64,000 nucleotides of DNA from Armatimonadota bacterium (GTDB lineage Bacteria > Armatimonadota > Fimbriimonadia > Fimbriimonadales > Fimbriimonadaceae): contig JAFDWR010000001.1 in the NCBI GenBank assembly GCA_018268355.1, positions 289,797 through 353,796 of the forward strand, read 5' to 3'. The position numbers and the translations under genes were made by a program. Within the stretch, counting starts at the first letter, position 1. Every line of letters starts with the position of its first letter. This document shows positions 54,533 to 63,722 of the stretch, piece after piece. The notes beneath the pieces were generated by a model. That model searched no databases. It was given only the letters and a program-made list of their open reading frames with translations, and had not been told where the DNA came from.

Positions 54533-55539
54533 GAACCCGCATTGTAACCGCTTGTCGCCGTCTTCAACCGGACCCGAAACGCAGCATGGGAGGCGAAGAG
54601 CACAAAGTCATCGCCAATTCTCGCGGGCGCGAAGCGGGATGCGGTCTGGTCAAACCGGGCGACCTCTTCGACGTTGCCGGTTGCGCCGACCCGGAGCATC
54701 CGGTTGCGCTGCATCAGGATCACCTCGTCGCCCTGGGCGAGGGCGGGTGAAATCCCGTAGTCTTGGTCGCGATTGAGGCTGGCCCGCCAAAGGGTCGGCC
54801 CGAGTTCGGAACCGAAGGAGATCGCAAAGCCGCCGGGGCTGCTCAGGACCACGCGCTCATCAAGGAGGACCGGCGTGCCGACCACCGAATTGCCCACGTC
54901 GCCGATCCAAACCGCCGTCCCCGTCGAGCGACTGAGGGCGACCAGATAGCCGTTCGAGGTGACCGCAAAAACGCGCTCCGCGCTGATCACCGCGCCCTCG
55001 ACCTTGCCGCCCATGTTGCCCGCCCAGATTGGCTTGCCATCCTTCTTCGAAAGGATGCCGACGAACCCCTTTTTCCCACCGACAAAGTAGCCTTCCTGGA
55101 GCGGAATCGGGCCGACGGTCAAAATCTCCTCGTCGGGAAGGGAAGTTGTCCAGTTGGCTTTTCGCGTTTCGAGGGCGACGGAGCTGACCTTGCCCGGAGC
55201 GGGCGAGTAGACGAGGGTGCCGTCGGCTGCCGCGAGCGGAGTCGCCGGCCCGCTGTGAGGCAGCGTGAACAGCCTCTTGCCCGACTTCAGATCCAATGCC
55301 ACGAGGGGGCCGTTATCCACCGTGGCGAAAACGCGATCGGTCGTCACCGCGAGCCTTGCGCCAAGCTCCTCTTCCTTGAGGGGGTAGCTCCAGCGGGTGG
55401 CACCGTCGGTCGTGTTGATGTTCGTGATGCCCCGAAACGTCGAGACAAAAAGCGAACCCGGAATGAGCAGGCGATCGACAATCTCAGCGTCGAAGGATCT
55501 TTTCCAGACAAGAGCGAGCACGGCCGGCGCGAGCATCAC
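54445..55539 (-). CDS. PQQ-like beta-propeller repeat protein (BamB-like)
   Basis: Signal-like N-terminus. Repeated hydrophobic-G-x-x-DG-x-L-x-A-hydrophobic-D blades. The 3' end overlaps the next gene by 88 nt. Confidence 0.7.
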   Translation of the reverse strand: MMLAPAVLALVWKRSFDAEIVDRLLIPGSLFVSTFRGITNINTTDGATRWSYPLKEEELGARLAVTTDRVFATVDNGPLVALDLKSGKRLFTLPHSGPATPLAAADGTLVYSPAPGKVSSVALETRKANWTTSLPDEEILTVGPIPLQEGYFVGGKKGFVGILSKKDGKPIWAGNMGGKVEGAVISAERVFAVTSNGYLVALSRSTGTAVWIGDVGNSVVGTPVLLDERVVLSSPGGFAISFGSELGPTLWRASLNRDQDYGISPALAQGDEVILMQRNRMLRVGATGNVEEVARFDQTASRFAPARIGDDFVLFASHAAFRVRLKTATSGYNAGSWRATTSFSPLEAPSRVLSAMLPERLGRR

Positions 55540-55542
55540 GAA

Positions 55543-56082
55543 CTATTTGACGAGCCATTCGCGATCGAGGATCGCAAAGCCGAGCGTGTCGCACCACTTT
55601 CCTTTGATCCAGATGTTCTCGATGTGGTGGGACTCTTGTCGAAAGCCGACCTTTTCCAGCACCCGAATCGACCCCGCGTTGGCGGGATCGGTGTCTGCGA
55701 TCACGCGGCGGAGTTTAAGCTCCTTGAAGGCGAGGTCGAGCATCGAGGCGAGCGCTTCGGTCATGTAGCCCTTGCCCCAGAGGTCGCGCCGAAGGAGGTA
55801 CCAGACCGTGGCTTGGCCGAGCTCGGGGTGGCTGAGGTGGAGGCCGATCCTGCCGACAACGGTGTCGTCGCCCTTGATCGTAATTGCAAGGTCATAGGTG
55901 CGCCGAGTGAGGGCCTGCGCGTCGCTCATGCACCGCTGGATGTAGTCGCGGCTCTCCTCGGGGGTGAAGATGTTGAAGGTCTGGTAGCGAACGACCTCGG
56001 GGTCGGACTCATAGCGCTGCGTGTGGACCCAGTCATCGGCCCGAAACTCCCGCAGGATCAAGCGCTCGGTGACCCGTTCCAT
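55543..56082 (-). CDS. GNAT family N-acetyltransferase (RimJ/RimL-like)
   Basis: ERLILREF...GRIGLH...WYLLRRDLWGKGYMTEALASML. I chose the internal start MERVTE. Confidence 0.75.
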   Translation of the reverse strand: MERVTERLILREFRADDWVHTQRYESDPEVVRYQTFNIFTPEESRDYIQRCMSDAQALTRRTYDLAITIKGDDTVVGRIGLHLSHPELGQATVWYLLRRDLWGKGYMTEALASMLDLAFKELKLRRVIADTDPANAGSIRVLEKVGFRQESHHIENIWIKGKWCDTLGFAILDREWLVK

Positions 56083-56087
56083 GAGGT

Positions 56088-56672
56088 TCAGCTTCCCGAA
56101 ACCGTCGCCCGGGTGCCTGGTTTCACTACCGGAATCTTCGCAAGCCACTCGGGGAGTTCATCGGCGGGCCAGGTCTCGCCCTCGACTTTCACACTTGAAA
56201 AGAGAGGCGCATCGAAGTTGAGGCCGACGCTGCTGCGGTCGATGAGCACGGCAACGCCGACCACGTCCGCCCCTTTTCCGCGAACCACGCCAAGCGTTTC
56301 AAAAACCGACCGGCCCGTGGTGAGGACGTCGTCGACGACAAGAACCCGGCACCCCGCGGGCAAAACCGCGTTGCGGCGGAAGCACTTCTCGCCGTTCTCG
56401 GTCTCGACGTAGCGCGCTTGGCACCCGAGTTGACGGGCGACCTCGAAGGCGAGGATGATCCCACCTGTCGTCGGACCCACGACGAAGTCGATGTCTTGGG
56501 ATCGAAACTCTTCCGCAATCTTCTCGACGAGAGCGCTCACGACGGCGGGCTGTTCGAGCACGCGGAACTTCTCAAAATAGACGTCGGAGTGCCGGCCCGA
56601 GGTGAGGACAAAGTGGCCCCTCAGGATCGCGCCGCTGGATTCCAGCAGGTCGAGAAGGTTGGGAGAAGCCAC
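56088..56672 (-). CDS. pyrE: orotate phosphoribosyltransferase
   Basis: PRPP-binding motif VLVVDDVLTTGRS. GTG start overlapping the panD stop by 1 nt. Confidence 0.9.
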   Translation of the reverse strand: MASPNLLDLLESSGAILRGHFVLTSGRHSDVYFEKFRVLEQPAVVSALVEKIAEEFRSQDIDFVVGPTTGGIILAFEVARQLGCQARYVETENGEKCFRRNAVLPAGCRVLVVDDVLTTGRSVFETLGVVRGKGADVVGVAVLIDRSSVGLNFDAPLFSSVKVEGETWPADELPEWLAKIPVVKPGTRATVSGS

Positions 56673-57034
56673 TAGCCGACCACCGAGAACGGGGTCATGT
56701 CGCGAACGACTTCGTTCTCCTCACCGAGGAGGAGGATGCGCGGGATGATTGGCTCGTCGGCGAGATCAAAGGCAGCGATGATCACCTTGTCACCGGTGCG
56801 GAAGAAGTGGGCTGCTCCGCCGTTGAGTCCAACGACGCCGGGAGGGCCGCCAAAAGCGTAGGTTTGGATCCGAGCCGTGTGGTCTACGGCCCAAATGTGG
56901 ACGAGCTCGCCATCTTGAATGCCGACCCGCTTCATCAGCTCAGCATCAATCTCGATGCTGCCGACATAGTCGGGGTTCGCATAGGTCACTCGTGCGTGGT
57001 GCAGCTTCGCCTTGAGGAGGGTGGACAGTCTCAT
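56672..57034 (-). CDS. panD: aspartate 1-decarboxylase
   Basis: MRLSTLLKAKLHHARVTYANPDYVGSIEIDAELM has the self-processing Gly-Ser site. 120 aa. Confidence 0.9.
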   Translation of the reverse strand: MRLSTLLKAKLHHARVTYANPDYVGSIEIDAELMKRVGIQDGELVHIWAVDHTARIQTYAFGGPPGVVGLNGGAAHFFRTGDKVIIAAFDLADEPIIPRILLLGEENEVVRDMTPFSVVG

Positions 57035-57043
57035 TCCCGTTCT

Positions 57044-59386
57044 TTAGACTTCTTTACGATCAATCGGTTCGCTGGATTGCAAATCGGACCCGGCCGAAGG
57101 GCGAGGGCGGTGTCTGCGATAGAGCGCAGCCATCAATCCACCGAGGGTCAAGATACCCGTTCCCAAGAAGACGAGGAACGTCATCGGCTTATAGAACAGC
57201 TCGACCGGGAAGAGCGGCCGCTTGAGGAAGATCTGGACGGTGATCGGGTTTTCCGGTCCCGCCGGAAGGCTTGTCACCGCGACGAAGTAGTCGGTCCCGA
57301 GCGGAGTGAGCTCCGGAGTGAGTCCGTCGGGACCCATCTTGAGCATTGGGCTCACCTCGGTCGTCTTGCCGTCGAGGGTGACCTCTAGCCTTGCCCCGAA
57401 CTTGGCATCGGGGGCGCGAGGATTCACCGGAGCGATCTTGTTGATGAGGACGATCTTGGCGACCTCGTTCTGGAACGGCTTGCCGATCGCGACTTCCGGT
57501 TCGGTCTCGAAGACCTTGATCACCGGCTGGTGGAGCGTCAGATAAACGTCGTGGCTGATCCCGCGCTTGATTGACGGCCACACCATCGCCTTGTCTTCGT
57601 TTCCGTTGCCCTGCAGGTAGTACAGGCCGGGTTCGGCAACATACTTGTCCTTGCCTTCTTGCATCGTGACGAGGACCTGGTTGTCGCGATTGAAGAGGTC
57701 ATCCGGCTTGGTCATCTTGCCGACCGTCACCGAGTGGTTGAGCACCTTCGACGGCGTCTCACGTTCAAGGAAGGCTTGTTCATGCCGCTGCAGGCCGAGG
57801 CTGATGATGAGGCCCGACATGAGCATCGCCACGCCCATGTGGGCGATGAAGCCTCCCCAGCCGAGGGGCTTCGCCTTGAGCGACTCGATGATCCGCCAAA
57901 TGTTCGCGATGACCGAGAAGAAGGTGAAGGTCACGAGGAACGTCACCCAGCCCGTCGCGGGGATGTCCATCGCGATGACGCGAATGGTGGTCTTCGGAAT
58001 CCAGTCTTGCGAGCGGATGTAGAACAGGAACCCGGCGGAAAGAAGCAAGGTGAGGCCGATCAACGTCGGGAGCGACTTGACCAAGCGGTTCGAGGTCGAC
58101 TTCCAGCCGAGGAAGGGCGCGACACCGGTGAGGAGCATCGCAGGGATGAAGAACCAGGTAACGACCTTGTGATAGAGCGCGGCCTCGACCACGGCCGGCT
58201 TGCCGGTCAGGCCGGTAAAGAACGGCCAACTCATGCCGACGGCGGTGGTGCCCGCGATCAGGCAAAGCAGCATCACGCCAAGCTGGTAGGCGCCCTCGCG
58301 GGTCATCGACTCCGTTTCTTCCTTCGCGGGCTCGTTTGCCTTCACGAGCCTGAGGCCATAGCGACCCCAAACGATAGCAAGCGCGCCCAACGACAGCACT
58401 AAGATGCCCAGGAGCAGCTTCAGTGCGGTCCGGTCCATCTGGGCGAACGAGTGAACGCTCGATTCGCCGAGCACGCCCGAGCGCGTCATGAGCGTTCCAA
58501 AGCAAAAGAGCACAAACGGAACGCCGGCAAGTAGGAAGTTGGAGCCGATCCAGCGTCCACGCGTGGCCTGGACGATGATGCCGTGGACCGACGCGATGCC
58601 GAAGAGCCAGGGGACAAAGCTGACGTTCTCGACCGGATCCCATGCCCAAAATCCGCCCCAGTTGAGGGTCTCATAGGCCCAGAACCCGCCGAGACAGAGG
58701 CCGAGGCCGGTGATCGTTGCGCTGAGGATCGCCCAAGGCCGGAAGCGGCTAACCCACTCCTTCGTGTCGCCGCCGAGCATTGCGGCAATCGTCCACGCAA
58801 AGCCCACCGTCAGCGACCCGAAGCCGAGGAACATGATCGGAGGGTGGATGATCACCCAGTAGTTCTGAAGGGAGGGGCTGAGGCCCGCGCCGTCGCCCGG
58901 ATTGATCCACTTACCGTTCGCAAAGAGCTCAGGATTGAGGCCAAATGGCGTCTCGAAGGCAAGGATCGCGGCGAGCGCGGCGAGAAAGAAGGAATAGATG
59001 ACGACGTATGTTCGCTGGAGCTTGCCGGTTGCGCGGAGGGTGAGAAGCCCAAAGATCGCGCTCGTCACCGCCCAAAGCAGGAATGAACCTTGCTGCCCCG
59101 ACCAAACCGCCGCGATTCGATAAGCGATTGGCAGGTCCTTGGCAGAGTGCGAGCCGATGTACTGGTAGGCAAACTGCTCGCGGATGAAGAGTGCGGCGAG
59201 GCAGCCGAAGGTGAGGAAGAGCGCGCTCGCCCCAGAGATGAAAAAGAGGCGGCTTTGCTTCTCGGCCTTGCGGATTCCGAAGATGGCGGAGAGGAGAAAG
59301 AAGCCGACCGCGGCATAGACGAGCCCAGATCCAGCCTTGCCCAAAAAGAGGTCAAGACCGAGGGTTTCCTTGAAGTGTGGGTCCAA
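57044..59386 (-). CDS. ccmF: cytochrome c-type biogenesis heme lyase CcmF
   Basis: WWD domain WGGFWAWDPVENVSFVPWL. N-terminal AAVWSGQQGSFLLW. Multiple TM helices. 780 aa. Confidence 0.85.
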   Translation of the reverse strand: MDPHFKETLGLDLFLGKAGSGLVYAAVGFFLLSAIFGIRKAEKQSRLFFISGASALFLTFGCLAALFIREQFAYQYIGSHSAKDLPIAYRIAAVWSGQQGSFLLWAVTSAIFGLLTLRATGKLQRTYVVIYSFFLAALAAILAFETPFGLNPELFANGKWINPGDGAGLSPSLQNYWVIIHPPIMFLGFGSLTVGFAWTIAAMLGGDTKEWVSRFRPWAILSATITGLGLCLGGFWAYETLNWGGFWAWDPVENVSFVPWLFGIASVHGIIVQATRGRWIGSNFLLAGVPFVLFCFGTLMTRSGVLGESSVHSFAQMDRTALKLLLGILVLSLGALAIVWGRYGLRLVKANEPAKEETESMTREGAYQLGVMLLCLIAGTTAVGMSWPFFTGLTGKPAVVEAALYHKVVTWFFIPAMLLTGVAPFLGWKSTSNRLVKSLPTLIGLTLLLSAGFLFYIRSQDWIPKTTIRVIAMDIPATGWVTFLVTFTFFSVIANIWRIIESLKAKPLGWGGFIAHMGVAMLMSGLIISLGLQRHEQAFLERETPSKVLNHSVTVGKMTKPDDLFNRDNQVLVTMQEGKDKYVAEPGLYYLQGNGNEDKAMVWPSIKRGISHDVYLTLHQPVIKVFETEPEVAIGKPFQNEVAKIVLINKIAPVNPRAPDAKFGARLEVTLDGKTTEVSPMLKMGPDGLTPELTPLGTDYFVAVTSLPAGPENPITVQIFLKRPLFPVELFYKPMTFLVFLGTGILTLGGLMAALYRRHRPRPSAGSDLQSSEPIDRKEV

Positions 59387-59400
59387 GTCTCAGTGTCCCC

Positions 59401-59787
59401 TTACTTCGCCTGGGCCTCTTCGTCCTTGTACTTAGTGGGACACTTGACCAGCATCCGCTCCGAAATGAAGTTCTGACCGTCGACGCGGCCAACCACGACG
59501 ACCTTCTTCGCTTCACCAAGGTTCGCGGGTGGCTCGCCAACGTGGCGAACATGGATGCGGTCGCCAGCGGGGTCAACGAGGTCAAATTCAAGCTGATCGC
59601 CTGCTTTTCGTCGTTCTTTAAGGGTGGCGGTGTCGATGGTGCCAGCGATGTGAATGCTTTGGCCGCCATTCACCCGGGCTTCCTTGACGCTGAGGTAGCT
59701 ACTGCCGCCTTGCGCAAAGGCAACAAGAACGCCGACCCCGGCGATTCCAGCGACGAGCGGAAGAAAGAGTCCCCGTGCCTTTCTCAT
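59401..59787 (-). CDS. ccmE: cytochrome c-type biogenesis heme chaperone CcmE (variant CxxxY type)
   Basis: N-terminal TM then OB fold. C-terminus LVKCPTKY aligns with the E. coli LAKHDENY heme-binding site, with Cys replacing His130. Confidence 0.75.
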   Translation of the reverse strand: MRKARGLFLPLVAGIAGVGVLVAFAQGGSSYLSVKEARVNGGQSIHIAGTIDTATLKERRKAGDQLEFDLVDPAGDRIHVRHVGEPPANLGEAKKVVVVGRVDGQNFISERMLVKCPTKYKDEEAQAK

Positions 59788-59849
59788 ACATAACATTCTA
59801 CTCGTGGGAACTGGAAGTCTCCTCAAATCGTCGGGCTAAAATAGACACC

Positions 59850-60419
59850 ATGTTGAAGCGACTCGCAATACCGTGCCTCGTGGCCGTTGGTTTGATGCCG
59901 ATGGTTGGCGTTGCTCAGTTTGATAAGGAAGCCAAAGTCCCCGGGCGGATTAGCTTCAGCACCCGCATCGGAAGCTGGCGACTGATCCAGCGAAATGAGG
60001 CCGACCCCGTCAATGGCGAGCTTGAGTTCAGCTTTACCGGAACGCTCCTGATCAACCAGCCCGCGAAGGGCGCGATCGTCACGGTCAGCGGAAACATCCA
60101 CAAGGAGTATCAGAGCGAGAAGGGTGGCCGCGTGGTTTACAACGGCACCGGAAAGCTCTACTTCAAGGGCCAGGCGCGGGCGATCCAGTGGTTCGGTCGC
60201 GACATGCAGGGCACCTATTACGGCCGCGGCGTCTTCAAGTTTTACGGCGAGTTCGACGACAAGCAGGAGACCGGTGCTTACTGGTACGGCGTTTTGACCG
60301 ATACCAAGGCCAAGCGAAAGGCTTGGGGCATCTACGGTATGGATGGCGTCGTGCCTGAGAACGTCGCGAACATGGGCGGAAGCACGGGCCCCGTGAAGCG
60401 ACGAAAGATCGGCGGCTAA
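59850..60419 (+). CDS. secreted hypothetical protein
   Basis: Signal peptide MLKRLAIPCLVAVGLMPMVGVAQ. Tyr/Gly/Lys-rich body. No family recognised. Confidence 0.45.
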   Translation: MLKRLAIPCLVAVGLMPMVGVAQFDKEAKVPGRISFSTRIGSWRLIQRNEADPVNGELEFSFTGTLLINQPAKGAIVTVSGNIHKEYQSEKGGRVVYNGTGKLYFKGQARAIQWFGRDMQGTYYGRGVFKFYGEFDDKQETGAYWYGVLTDTKAKRKAWGIYGMDGVVPENVANMGGSTGPVKRRKIGG

Positions 60420-60420
60420 A

Positions 60421-61197
60421 TTGCTTCGCAACACCTTCGCCCACCTCCCAAAACTCGGGTTTGAGACCGAGACCCGGCTTTGGGAGTCGGGCGCAGCCTC
60501 GTGGGACCACGTCCTGGCTGAACCCAAGCGATTTCGTTACGGGACGGCGACCCGCAAGTCGGTGGTCGATGGCCTCCACGAATCCCAGGAAAAGCTCGAC
60601 CAGGGCGAGCATCAGTACTTTGCCAAAGGTCTGGGCCTAAAGGAAGCCTGGCGGGCGTTCCCGGAGTTTCGATCCAAGGTCGCCTATGTCGACATCGAGA
60701 CCGACGGTGGCCGGTCCGGGGACGCGATCACCGTCGTCGGACTCTATGACGGCGAGAACTTTGAAGCCTTCGTTCGGGGCGACAACCTGGAGTCGTTCCG
60801 CGACCGGATTTCTTGCTTCTCGATGATCGTCACCTTCTTTGGCAGCGGGTTCGACGTTCCCATGCTCCAGAAGCGGTTTCGGGACGTCAAGTTCGACCAG
60901 ATTCACCTCGACCTTTGCCCCACCCTGCGCCGACTTGGATTTCGAGGTGGGCTGAAGAGCATCGAGAAGCAGGTCGGCATCGCCCGAGTCGAGGAGACCG
61001 AAGGGCTGACCGGCTTTGACGCGATCAAGCTCTGGAATCGCTACCTGCGCAACCGTGATGAGGGGGCCCTCGAGACCCTCATTGCCTATAACCGCGAGGA
61101 TGTCGTGAACCTAGAATTCCTTGCCGAGCTGGCCTATAAGGGCCTCAAAGAGCAGGTCTACGACGCGGCAATCGCGCGGAACGCGCCAATCGCCTGA
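60421..61197 (+). CDS. RNase H-like fold predicted exonuclease (YprB-like)
   Basis: Catalytic-type motif VAYVDIETDGG...ITVVGLYDG...FFGSGFDVPML...YNREDVVNL. TTG start immediately after the preceding stop. Confidence 0.65.
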   Translation: MLRNTFAHLPKLGFETETRLWESGAASWDHVLAEPKRFRYGTATRKSVVDGLHESQEKLDQGEHQYFAKGLGLKEAWRAFPEFRSKVAYVDIETDGGRSGDAITVVGLYDGENFEAFVRGDNLESFRDRISCFSMIVTFFGSGFDVPMLQKRFRDVKFDQIHLDLCPTLRRLGFRGGLKSIEKQVGIARVEETEGLTGFDAIKLWNRYLRNRDEGALETLIAYNREDVVNLEFLAELAYKGLKEQVYDAAIARNAPIA

Positions 61198-62177
61198 TCG
61201 GTCTTTTCGTCGTCCACGTCGTTGTGGAACACGAGTCGCAGTCGGTTCGTGGCGACGGGGAAGCAGATGATGCCGTGCTCGGCGAGCCTAGCAACCACTT
61301 CGGTGGCGGGCTGGTCCGTTGAAACGAGGACGATGTTAGTCTGGACGGAATCCAGATCCACCTTCAGCCCCGGGAGCCCCGTGATCGCCTCGGCGGTTCG
61401 GCGCGCGCGGGCGTGATCCTCGGCGAGCCGATCTACCATCGTGCGCAGGCTAACCAGACCACAAGCAGCGAGAAGACCGGCTTGGCGCATACCGCCGCCC
61501 ATTCGCTTGCGCCAGATTCGGGCGCGCTCGATGAACTCGGCGGGGCCACAAAGCACCGATCCCACCGGCGAGCAAAGCCCCTTGCTGAGGCAAACCGAGG
61601 CCGTATGGACGTGCTGAGTGATCTCGCGGACGGGGACGCCGAGCCCCACCGCCGCGTTCCAAACCCGCGCTCCATCAAGGTGAACCTTGATCTCGTGGCG
61701 GGCCGCGATGTGGGCGAATTCCGCCATCACATCAAGAGGGGTGATCGTCCCTCCCGCGCGGTTATGGGTGTTCTCCAGGCAGATGATCTTGGTGCCGGGC
61801 GTGTGCAGGCTTGCTTTGAGGATTCGGGCCTCCACCGCGGCAGGGTCCATCACGCCGAGCCGAGAGGGAAGGGTCCAGCTGACCGCCCCCGCATGGACGG
61901 CAGGGCCGCCGACTTCATAGTAAAGGATGTGGGCCTCTTCTTCGCAGATGAGGGCGTCGCCGGGTTGGCAGTGCGTCGCAATTGCGATCTGGTTCCCCAT
62001 CGTGCCGCTCGGCACATAGACACCAGCTTCCATGCCGAGCATCGCCGCGCATTCGCGCTCGAGCTCCATGACCGTCGGGTCGTCGCCCAGGACATCGTCG
62101 CCCAAGGGGGCATGGGCCATGGCCTCACGCATGGCAGGGGTCGGGCGGGTCACGGTATCGCTGCGAAGATCAACCAC
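61158..62177 (-). CDS. ltaE: low-specificity L-threonine aldolase
   Basis: [19 protein letters not shown]...GTMGNQIA...[13 protein letters not shown] matches the PLP-dependent threonine aldolase pattern. I chose the GTG start at 62177, because the track start (62222) lies inside the mscL terminator hairpin. Confidence 0.85.
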   Translation of the reverse strand: MVDLRSDTVTRPTPAMREAMAHAPLGDDVLGDDPTVMELERECAAMLGMEAGVYVPSGTMGNQIAIATHCQPGDALICEEEAHILYYEVGGPAVHAGAVSWTLPSRLGVMDPAAVEARILKASLHTPGTKIICLENTHNRAGGTITPLDVMAEFAHIAARHEIKVHLDGARVWNAAVGLGVPVREITQHVHTASVCLSKGLCSPVGSVLCGPAEFIERARIWRKRMGGGMRQAGLLAACGLVSLRTMVDRLAEDHARARRTAEAITGLPGLKVDLDSVQTNIVLVSTDQPATEVVARLAEHGIICFPVATNRLRLVFHNDVDDEKTDQAIGAFRAIAAS

Positions 62178-62202
62178 AAGGTTAAACCTACCCGACGCGA
62201 GG

Positions 62203-62248
62203 CAAAACAAAGCCCCTGCCAATCCGAAATGAATCGGACGGGCAGGGG
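62203..62248 (-). terminator. intrinsic terminator after mscL
   Basis: Minus-strand cccctgcccgtccgattcatttcggattggcagggg followed by ctttgtttt. Coordinates approximate. Confidence 0.5.
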
Positions 62249-62263
62249 CCAGAGAGTGAGGGC

Positions 62264-62644
62264 TTACTTCTTGAGAAGGTCGCGGATCTCGGTGAGGAGC
62301 TTCTCCTCGTTGGTGGGCTCAGGCGGCGCGGCGGGAGCAGCGGGGGCTTCCTTCTTCATCTTGTTCATCGCCTTCACGATCATGAAGAGGACCATGGCCA
62401 CCGCGATGAACGAAATGACGTTGTTGAGGATGTCACCAATCGAGATGATGACCGGCTTGTCGCCTCCTCGCAACGTCAGGCCCCAGCCCTTGAAGTCGGG
62501 CAGACCCACGAGGCTGATGATCGGCGTGATGAGGCCCGCGACAATCGAGTCCACGATCTTGCCGAAAGCGGCTGCGATCATGACGCCGATGGCGAGTTCC
62601 ATCACGTTTCCGCGATTGATAAAGTCCTTGAATTCTTTGAGCAT
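62264..62644 (-). CDS. mscL: large-conductance mechanosensitive channel
   Basis: MLKEFKDFINRGNVMELAIGVMIAAAFGKIVDSIVAGLITPII is the MscL TM1 signature. ~126 aa. Confidence 0.9.
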   Translation of the reverse strand: MLKEFKDFINRGNVMELAIGVMIAAAFGKIVDSIVAGLITPIISLVGLPDFKGWGLTLRGGDKPVIISIGDILNNVISFIAVAMVLFMIVKAMNKMKKEAPAAPAAPPEPTNEEKLLTEIRDLLKK

Positions 62645-62733
62645 AGTTCCTCCGTGCAAACCAAGCGATTCTTTGCGCTTGCAACGACGGACGGGATTCT
62701 AGGACAATTCGAACCCAGCCCACAACATTTGCG

Positions 62734-62767
62734 CAAAAAAACTGCGCAACACCGGAGTGTTGCGCAG
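62734..62767 (-). terminator. strong intrinsic terminator after the second PEP-CTERM gene
   Basis: Minus-strand ctgcgcaacacTCCGgtgttgcgcag (perfect 11-bp stem) followed by tttttttg. Confidence 0.7.
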
Positions 62768-62805
62768 GAAGTTGGCGCGAAGCCAACGCAATCAAACGAA
62801 GAGGC

Positions 62806-63567
62806 TTACTTCTTCGCCGCTCGCTTTCGTCGAATGACGGCGATTGCACCGAGGCCAAGAGCTGCCATCGAGGCGGGCTCGGGGACGGCCTGGGTGTTGA
62901 AGTTCTCTCCATCAAACCAGCCCTGGGTGCAAACGGAGAAGTCCTTGAGGAATCCGTCGGTGCCGTAATCGGTGGTGAGACCGTTTGCGGTGTGGAACCA
63001 GATTCCAATCTTGTCGCCATACTTCGCGCCGCTCCAAGAACCGTTCGTCGAGTAAGGGCTGGTGCGATTGTTGATCGCCGTGGCGTTGATGTCGAACGAC
63101 ATCGTCGTCTTGCCGTTAGCTCGCGAATAGGTGAGGCTGTTGATCCAGCTGGAGTTGGTCACCGACGAGATGATCTTGTCAGGTGCCTGGTTTCCAGAGG
63201 CAACGCCGTTGCCATCGAAGTAGCTGTTGTTGCCGTTCACGCCGTTATAGCCGTAGGCGGTGAGCCGAGGGCCGCCCGACTTCGTTGCATCGAAGTAGAA
63301 CAGGGCGAGTTCGCCAGCGATGCCCTTGGGGTTCGGGCCGCCGCTGATGGCGAGCCAGAATCCTTCGGGAACCGTGGTTCCGGTGAAGGTCGACGACCAA
63401 GTCAGGCGATTGGTCGCGGCATTAAAGGTCGAATTGATGGAATCAAACTTGCCTGCTGCGTTGTTGATTCCGTTTTGTGATTTATCCCACGTGTACGAGC
63501 GGGTGGTCTGCGCAAAGGCGCTGACTGAAACCACGCTCAAACAAGTGAGGAGGAGGATTTTCCGCAT
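62806..63567 (-). CDS. PEP-CTERM sorting domain secreted protein (paralog)
   Basis: Signal peptide MRKILLLTCLSVVSVSAFAQ. C-terminus AVPEPASMAALGLGAIAVIRRKRAAKK, whose ALGLGAIAVIRR core is identical to the gene at 8350..9252. Confidence 0.8.
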   Translation of the reverse strand: MRKILLLTCLSVVSVSAFAQTTRSYTWDKSQNGINNAAGKFDSINSTFNAATNRLTWSSTFTGTTVPEGFWLAISGGPNPKGIAGELALFYFDATKSGGPRLTAYGYNGVNGNNSYFDGNGVASGNQAPDKIISSVTNSSWINSLTYSRANGKTTMSFDINATAINNRTSPYSTNGSWSGAKYGDKIGIWFHTANGLTTDYGTDGFLKDFSVCTQGWFDGENFNTQAVPEPASMAALGLGAIAVIRRKRAAKK

Positions 63568-63654
63568 GTTGTTCCGTTCCTAAGCTCCCGTCGGACGGAG
63601 CCTTGGCGTACGCGGCGCAAGATGCGGGCCGCAGGAGTTGAACCTGCAGAATCT

Positions 63655-63694
63655 GGTAGGAAAACCAGAACGGGCGCCCCGATTGGAGCGCCCG
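63655..63694 (-). terminator. intrinsic terminator after groEL
   Basis: Minus-strand cgggcgctccaatcggggcgcccg followed by ttctggtttt. Confidence 0.55.
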
Positions 63695-63722
63695 CTTTGA
63701 CTTTTCTAAGGGTCAGGAGACC

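Noticed and set aside
54763-56412. 549-aa plus-strand ORF
   Set aside because: Antisense to the PQQ-repeat, GNAT and pyrE genes.
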